A stretch of 23,275 nucleotides of DNA from PVC group bacterium (GTDB lineage: Bacteria > Auribacterota > Erginobacteria > Erginobacterales > Erginobacteraceae): contig JAZDIV010000024.1 of the NCBI GenBank assembly GCA_043804695.1, positions 1 through 23,275 of the forward strand. Reading direction: 5' to 3'. Positions 17,959 to 23,275 of this stretch are shown here, in pieces. Numbering within the stretch: the stretch's first letter is position 1; each line of letters opens with the position of its first letter. Under the pieces are notes generated by a model. The model did no database searches, was not told the DNA's origin, and saw nothing but the letters and a program-made list of their open reading frames with translations. A program made the translations under genes and the position numbers.

Positions 17959-18258
17959 ACCACCAGCTCCCCTCTCTCATCTGGGGGGTATAAAACGGGT
18001 ACAGCCGATGAACTTATTCACCCGCCACATAAAATGGCGGGGGTCTTCGGGGGAGGGGGCACCGATTGTAGTTGATGAATTGATTCACCTGCCGTACCCC
18101 GAAAATCCCGCCGAGGCGGGACTCGGGGGGGACCAAGGCTGCAGGGATTTTCTTTTTGAGCGGACCGGGCAAAGCTTTTTGGCGCTTCACACGACAGAGT
18201 CGCCCTTCCAGCCGCTTAACTCGATGTTAGCCCAAAAGATAAATTCGGACTATCTGAC

Positions 18259-18296
18259 TTGCCCAATATTCCGGTATGATGTATTGTAATACCGGA
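18259..18296 (+). promoter_or_regulatory. Candidate promoter and operator of the antitoxin operon
   Basis: TTGCCC-17 nt-TATTGT; inverted repeat TCCGGTAT (18270) / ATACCGGA (18289) overlaps the -10 region and the GGAGGT RBS. Confidence 0.6.
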
Positions 18297-18304
18297 GGTG
18301 AGCT

Positions 18305-18547
18305 ATGAGCACAATAAAAGTAGCAATCTCAATTGATAAAAATATTTTAAACCAGCTTGATAATTTAGTCTCCTCTCGCGTCTTCCCGAACCGGAGCAAA
18401 GCCATTCAAGAAGCAGTGAGGGAGAAACTTTCCAGAATAAATCATAGTCGTCTCGCGAGAGAATGCTCGAAGCTGGACCCGAGCTTTGAGCAAGCCCTGG
18501 CGGAAGAAGGTCTTTCCGCGGAGGTCGACCAATGGCCAAAATATTAA
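18305..18547 (+). CDS. CopG/RHH antitoxin (MazF partner)
   Basis: KVAISID...LDxLV...[14 protein letters not shown]; acidic tail; overlaps the start of the MazF remnant. Confidence 0.88.
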   Translation: MSTIKVAISIDKNILNQLDNLVSSRVFPNRSKAIQEAVREKLSRINHSRLARECSKLDPSFEQALAEEGLSAEVDQWPKY

Positions 18548-18675
18548 AGTCATGGGTTAAGATAAGCCAGATCCGGACCCTCTCGATTCAACGTCTCAGA
18601 AAGAAGATCGGACAATCATCCCCCGAGGAACTTGATCTCATCATCGAAGGTTTAAATGAGATTATCGGGGGCTAA
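18532..18675 (+). pseudogene. MazF/PemK toxin with a large in-frame internal deletion (47 aa)
   Basis: Translates [47 protein letters not shown]. The C-terminal MazF part is present; the RG..W.DL.P..G.EQ...RP catalytic core is absent. Confidence 0.8.
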
Positions 18676-19097
18676 TCCATCACTCCACCTGTCTGAAACC
18701 GCCGCGCGTTTTCAGACAGGTGAGCTTTCGAGAATGACACCCGGGCGCTATGCCCTATGCTCTATGCGCTCTGCCCAACTGTGGGAGAGGTTTATAACCT
18801 CGATCCCAGTCCCCCCCTGCCACCCCAATACTCCATCACTTTTACCCGCCGAAGCTTTAGCGAAGGAGGGCCATCACTCCAACTTTACATTATATACACA
18901 TCCGGCGTGAAATACGCCCGATCCCCCCTGAACTTCCCCTTTTCTGTTTTTACACTTCGGCCATTAATCGGCCCGGTTTCCGTCTGCATGCGCTATAAAT
19001 AATCCGGGATCGCGGCAATAAGTGTCAAGTTATTGTCCTGCCGCAGGACTGGGCACTTTGTCAGCCTTTTCCCCGGCGGAAGGGATTTTTTACCCGG

Positions 19098-19207
19098 GCG
19101 CTCTGCTCTATGCGCTCTGCCCTCTGCTCCATGCTCTATGCGCTCTGCTCCATGCGCTCTGCGCTATGCGCTATGCGCTCTGCGCTCTGCTCTATGCTCT
19201 ATGCCCT
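19098..19207 (+). repeat. Heptamer array (TGCKCTM)n; shorter copy at 18740-18776
   Basis: tgcgctc/tgctcta/tgctcca units; supplies the last codons and stop of the ParB-like gene. Confidence 0.92.
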
Positions 19208-20034
19208 TTCAGCCTTTCAAACCTCTTCTTCTCCCTCTCCACCGGGTCGAGGATGGCGTGCAGAGCCGTCTTCAATTCTCCCTGGCTCCCCACGTCAACG
19301 GTGATCCGGATACCCTTCCGGCTCCGGCTGATTCGAATCGTCTTCTTTGGGAGCGCCTGGATCGTGGGCTCCTTCTCATAAATATCCTCTACCACGTCGA
19401 GCTGCAGTTCTTTAAAGTTCTTCTCGGAGTCCGGCTTCTGGCGGTAAACCCGGTACTGCAGCTCGGCCAGGTCGATCGCGCCGTCCAGGATCTGTTTGAA
19501 AAGCCGCGCTCTCAGCGCCGGGTCCTCGATCTTCAGGAGCCACTCTCCGTGCCCGAAAGTCATCCGTCCCTCCAGGATCGCGGATTTCATCTCCGGGGTG
19601 AGATTCCGGATCGTGTCGTAGAGAGAATAGCTCCGGCTCCGGGACTTCCCGCAGGACTCGACCAGGTCGTCCACGGCCCGGTGAAACCCGTCGATCAGCC
19701 GCGCGTAGGCGGACGCCTCCTCCAACTGGGTGAAGTCCTTCCGGTTGATGTTCTCAATGAACCCCATCAGGACCGCCTCCTCGTCGCTGATCCCTTCCCA
19801 TACCTCCGCCGGGATGGTGATCAACCCCAGTTCCCTGCCGGCATCGAGTCGCCGGTGCCCGGCAAAGATCATGTATCCCCCTTTTTGCGCCTTCTTCACC
19901 TTGACCGGGTTCATCACCCCGTGCTTCTTGATCGACGCCAGCATTTCCTCCCGTTCGTAGTCCTCCTCCAGTCGCATCCGGCAAAGACTCCCCACAATAT
20001 CGGATACAAGAATCTCCCTGCCCTCTCTCTTCAT
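19192..20034 (-). CDS. ParB/RepB/Spo0J family protein
   Basis: SIKKHGVMNPVKV, AGHRRLDA (GxxRxxA), ENINRKDFTQLEEA, HTH GKSRS; GGAGGT RBS. Confidence 0.88.
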   Translation of the reverse strand: MKREGREILVSDIVGSLCRMRLEEDYEREEMLASIKKHGVMNPVKVKKAQKGGYMIFAGHRRLDAGRELGLITIPAEVWEGISDEEAVLMGFIENINRKDFTQLEEASAYARLIDGFHRAVDDLVESCGKSRSRSYSLYDTIRNLTPEMKSAILEGRMTFGHGEWLLKIEDPALRARLFKQILDGAIDLAELQYRVYRQKPDSEKNFKELQLDVVEDIYEKEPTIQALPKKTIRISRSRKGIRITVDVGSQGELKTALHAILDPVEREKKRFERLKGHRA

Positions 20035-20066
20035 TCCATCACCTCCCTTGTTATATCAATGAAGCC

Positions 20067-20175
20067 GTCATTGCGGGACCGAGCACCCCCAGCGTCATTG
20101 CGAGTCGGCAGCGACGAAGCAATCTCTCCCACCGCCGGTCATTGCGATCCCCGACTTGTCGGGGAGAAGCAATCT
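20067..20175 (+). repeat. Cluster of GTCATTGCG REP-like units at the GC-to-AT boundary
   Basis: Partial unit at 20067, full units at 20094-20125 and 20138-20175. Confidence 0.85.
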
Positions 20176-20430
20176 CTTCATTCCCGAATAAGCAGATCAA
20201 TAAATTCCTCTTTTTTTATGGCAGAGTTTCTGGTAAACTTACTTTATTATTTGGTATGTGACCCTGATTTTTCTGAGAAAATAACAATATGGTTGCAATC
20301 CCAATTCGATAATCAAAATACAAATAACAAATGAATTTTAATAATAAACAGAATGAACGCTTAATAAAGTTACCGATGGGAGAACGCACAAATCATTTTC
20401 TGTACCATATTATATTAGAGCCCAAAGTTT

Positions 20431-20814
20431 TTGGTTATTGGGCATTTCTTGAACCAAAACATAATTGAAAGTAGAAAAAGCAGATACACACTTAGCTATA
20501 GTCCTAGCCGAAACCGTAGTTATGTCTTAGCAGCGTTTTCCTTAAATGATGGATTAAGACATGCTTATCTTTTGCAATATGGGCAGGAAGCAATGTATGA
20601 ACACGGCACAAATAGTTGTGTCTGTCTAGGTGCAACAGCACAGAAAATTATTGCAACTTATGAAAATTTTTTAACACTTGCCAAGGGACAAAATTCAAGG
20701 GAATTACTCGATGAAGAAATTCTCGATACAATAGCAGCATTTATTGATTCTAATAATCCTTCACTAATAAATCGCGGTGAAGATAAGTTTGAAGATATCC
20801 ACTCTATATCTTAA
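20431..20814 (+). CDS. Hypothetical protein (AT-rich; start uncertain, possibly frameshifted remnant)
   Basis: 127-codon ORF in AT-rich DNA with a weak TTG start. An overlapping 45-codon ORF at 20331-20468 could be its true 5' part. Confidence 0.45.
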   Translation: MVIGHFLNQNIIESRKSRYTLSYSPSRNRSYVLAAFSLNDGLRHAYLLQYGQEAMYEHGTNSCVCLGATAQKIIATYENFLTLAKGQNSRELLDEEILDTIAAFIDSNNPSLINRGEDKFEDIHSIS

Positions 20815-20950
20815 CGCATCGCCGCGCGGTACATGCCACCGTGCCACACCGCTCTTTAGGCGCCTCGCGCGACAGAACCACGAGTCCGGTTACTCTATTC
20901 GGTATTAAGCGGCTGCAAACGAGAGTCTACTTATCTAACGACGAGATATA

Positions 20951-21997
20951 ATGTCTTCCCAATATGAAAATAGAACTGAACCGGCTTATGACAGCGTAAT
21001 GCAAGGATTGGTTAATCCTTCTATGGCTGCTAATCCGCACATTCTGAAATGGTGGACTGACGCTCATGACGAGTTGATTCGAAAGCAAATAGTGCAATGG
21101 CAATGGTACTGGCATTTTTATATTCTAGATGAAATCCTGAGAATTACCGACGTGGAAGTTATTGATGCTTGGAAAAGGCAAGATCCAGCATGTCAGCGTG
21201 GCATTGGCACAGGTGCCTGGAATAATGTTATTGAATACTTCGCCTATGCTCGTGCGAAAGAAACTCGCCTAAATGATCTCATCCGCAAACCTGAATGGAA
21301 ACGTTGTCCAATATGTAAGAGTATGTTTCTTGAAAATTCTCTTCCTGAACCTCTCGCAAAGAGATTGGGCATTAACAGCCTAGATTTCTGCGCGCCGTGT
21401 TTAACGAGCAGAGTCTTACAAAACACTGGAAAAGATAACCTTACTAAAGAAGAAGTAAAAAAGTATCTAAGAAGTCTTTCATCTCTTCTTCAAATAGTTC
21501 CACATCAGGGGTACGGTGAAGCCGCTGATGATTTACTTTATCTAACCTTCAAAGACAGGTTAGCCCTCCTTGGATTGTTTACGAATAAGCCTTCAACATC
21601 TCTTGTGAAGGATTTATTTACATCTTGGTTGCATGCTCTAATTGAAGCTAAAATTCTTGAGGATGGAACAAGAAAAACTAGCCGCGGTACTATGTGTGTA
21701 GCCAAAGATGGTCATATCTGTTTGTCTCTTGCAGAAAAAACAATAGACGATTTTTTACATACTCATGGAATTCCTCATACGAGAGAGCCGCACTATCCCG
21801 GTTCAAATTTTCGCGCAGATTTCGAAATCAAAGGTAATTATATCGAATACTTTGGGCTGGCAGGAAATCCTGAATACAACAAAAAAATTAAAGCAAAGGT
21901 AAAAATTGCAAAGAATGCTGGTATCAATTTAATTTCTATCTATCCACAGGATCTGATAAACACGGCTTGGTTGATGAAGACTTTTCTCTCTATTTAA
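20951..21997 (+). CDS. Zn-finger plus C-terminal PD-(D/E)xK-like nuclease protein
   Basis: CPIC...CAPC; PS..LF(T)SWLHAL segment; DGHxCxSxAEKTIDDFL...REPHYP...RADF...IEYFG...Y..K...K. Confidence 0.7.
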   Translation: MSSQYENRTEPAYDSVMQGLVNPSMAANPHILKWWTDAHDELIRKQIVQWQWYWHFYILDEILRITDVEVIDAWKRQDPACQRGIGTGAWNNVIEYFAYARAKETRLNDLIRKPEWKRCPICKSMFLENSLPEPLAKRLGINSLDFCAPCLTSRVLQNTGKDNLTKEEVKKYLRSLSSLLQIVPHQGYGEAADDLLYLTFKDRLALLGLFTNKPSTSLVKDLFTSWLHALIEAKILEDGTRKTSRGTMCVAKDGHICLSLAEKTIDDFLHTHGIPHTREPHYPGSNFRADFEIKGNYIEYFGLAGNPEYNKKIKAKVKIAKNAGINLISIYPQDLINTAWLMKTFLSI

Positions 21998-22012
21998 TAC
22001 CTGGTAACCGCC

Positions 22013-22086
22013 TAACCCTTATAAGGCCGCCGGATGTCACTAGGACGAATCAGATGAAAATCTTCCATCGCAGAAAAATTGTAATC
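22013..22086 (+). repeat. ~74-bp gene-terminal direct repeat, copy 1
   Basis: (GCC)TAACCCTTATAAGGCC...TGTCAC...GAAAAA.TGTAATC. Confidence 0.85.
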
Positions 22087-22114
22087 TGATATCACATCTA
22101 TTGAGGTGCTTTAA

Positions 22115-22921
22115 ATGACCATTGAGCAAAAACCACCTGAACTTAATACCGATCCCATATGCCCTTACTGCGCTGCGGAATTCACAGATCGGAAGATTCC
22201 AAAACGAAAATCGAGTTTCAATTGTCCTTCATGCGGGGCAAAAGTTACGGGTGCACCAAAACAATATATTTATCCATCTGTCTACCTCACAGAAGCCCAA
22301 GCACAATACGTTAATTTTTTAATGAGCAATTATATTGGTTATCCCAATGCAACTTTTGATGACTATTGTCACATGGTATTCAAATTGTGGAAGAGGTTTG
22401 GTGGACCTCCAGGTATTGGGGATGTTATCTGGGGGCTTTTAAATGAATTTCTAATTCAGTGTGCTTCGAATCGAATGATGGTGGATGCTATAAAAATAGT
22501 TATGAATTTATTCCGGGAGTTTGAAAAAAGCAGTGCAGCGAAAATAGCATCCAAGGAAGTGATACCCTTTTTTTCACCCCCTGATATAACACCTACTATA
22601 GAATCAGCTGCTTCAAGCTGGTCGTTAGCAAGACATGAGCTAGGAATAGGAAAATTCTGGGAAGCCTTTCGGCGAATATGTGATAAAGGCGAAGCTATTA
22701 TAATATTGACGGGTAAAAAAGAAGTTGAAGATTTACAATCAGATATTGTGCTGATGGTACTTGTATCCATTAAACCTCCTTGGTATGGATTATTTAAAAA
22801 AATAACTGGTTCATCGCCTATTCTCATAAAGATAGCAAGGCAATATAATTTTAAAATGAGACTTGCATTAATTAGCGGTGTTGAGCAGATCAGTTTCACT
22901 GCTACTCCGAAAAAGTCATAA
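22115..22921 (+). CDS. Hypothetical protein with N-terminal zinc ribbon
   Basis: GAGGT RBS; CPYC-x17-CPSC; 268 codons in AT-rich DNA. Confidence 0.7.
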   Translation: MTIEQKPPELNTDPICPYCAAEFTDRKIPKRKSSFNCPSCGAKVTGAPKQYIYPSVYLTEAQAQYVNFLMSNYIGYPNATFDDYCHMVFKLWKRFGGPPGIGDVIWGLLNEFLIQCASNRMMVDAIKIVMNLFREFEKSSAAKIASKEVIPFFSPPDITPTIESAASSWSLARHELGIGKFWEAFRRICDKGEAIIILTGKKEVEDLQSDIVLMVLVSIKPPWYGLFKKITGSSPILIKIARQYNFKMRLALISGVEQISFTATPKKS

Positions 22922-22991
22922 CCCTTATAAGGCCTCCGGGTGTCACCAGGGAAAATAGACGCAAACCTCCCGTCGTGGAAAAAGTGTAATC
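22919..22991 (+). repeat. ~73-bp gene-terminal direct repeat, copy 2 (begins at the stop codon)
   Basis: First 16 nt identical to copy 1; roughly 80% identical overall by eye. Confidence 0.85.
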
Positions 22992-23275
22992 CAAGCATTT
23001 TTATTCTTGGTTCCAGCCAAGGAATAATTGTCATTGGTTGTCTACTAAAATAGCCGGCATTAAAGAGGGTCGGACCTGCGTAATACATTGTTATCAGATG
23101 GATAACGAATATTTATGGCCTCATATAACGCTTAAACTTACATTCCGCACTTCCGGAAGGCGGTTTTTGGAGTATTTTTACACCGATTAATTCAAATTTT
23201 CCAGAACTCTTTTTCGCGAATATTCACAAGCTTTAATACCCGCCGGTGCGTACGGTTCAACTGATCTCGACACTC

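Noticed and set aside
22010..22991. Canonical integron attC or dif/pdif sites
   Set aside because: No closing GTTRRRY or long attC-type symmetry, no intI in the window, and no 11-6-11 XerC/D layout. Kept as an atypical repeat instead.
22456..23088. 210-aa minus-strand ORF
   Set aside because: Antisense to the zinc-ribbon gene, runs through the repeat, and has no recognisable features.

Overview
Bacterial window: a GC-rich core (about 1-20,000) followed by an AT-rich accessory tail (about 20,180-23,275). The left part has two tandem alkaline-phosphatase-superfamily phosphodiesterases, a small RHH-like protein and a DUF106-like membrane protein. These converge on a minus-strand run of a Pur-alpha/DUF3276 gene, tRNA-Ala(CGC), a UbiA-type prenyl-phosphate phosphoribosyltransferase, a GT-C glycosyltransferase and uridine kinase. 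The centre is a convergent block: Pol-beta-type nucleotidyltransferase, hexameric GdhA, cupin, then on the opposite strand a second paralogous nucleotidyltransferase and a ~970-aa fungal/protist-type NAD-GDH, so each GDH class sits beside its own uncharacterised nucleotidyltransferase. The right part has a DUF4258/DUF2283 pair, an RHH antitoxin with an internally deleted MazF, an orphan ParB-like gene and AT-rich genes, two of them followed by a shared ~74-bp TAAC-initiated repeat. Intergenic DNA is dense in repeats. Three exactly 167-bp MITEs are inserted into the loops of GTAG-type REP hairpins and themselves carry a second REP-like family with exchangeable inner hairpins. There are also many 7- and 8-mer tandem arrays. 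All family assignments come from motif recognition by eye, not database searches.
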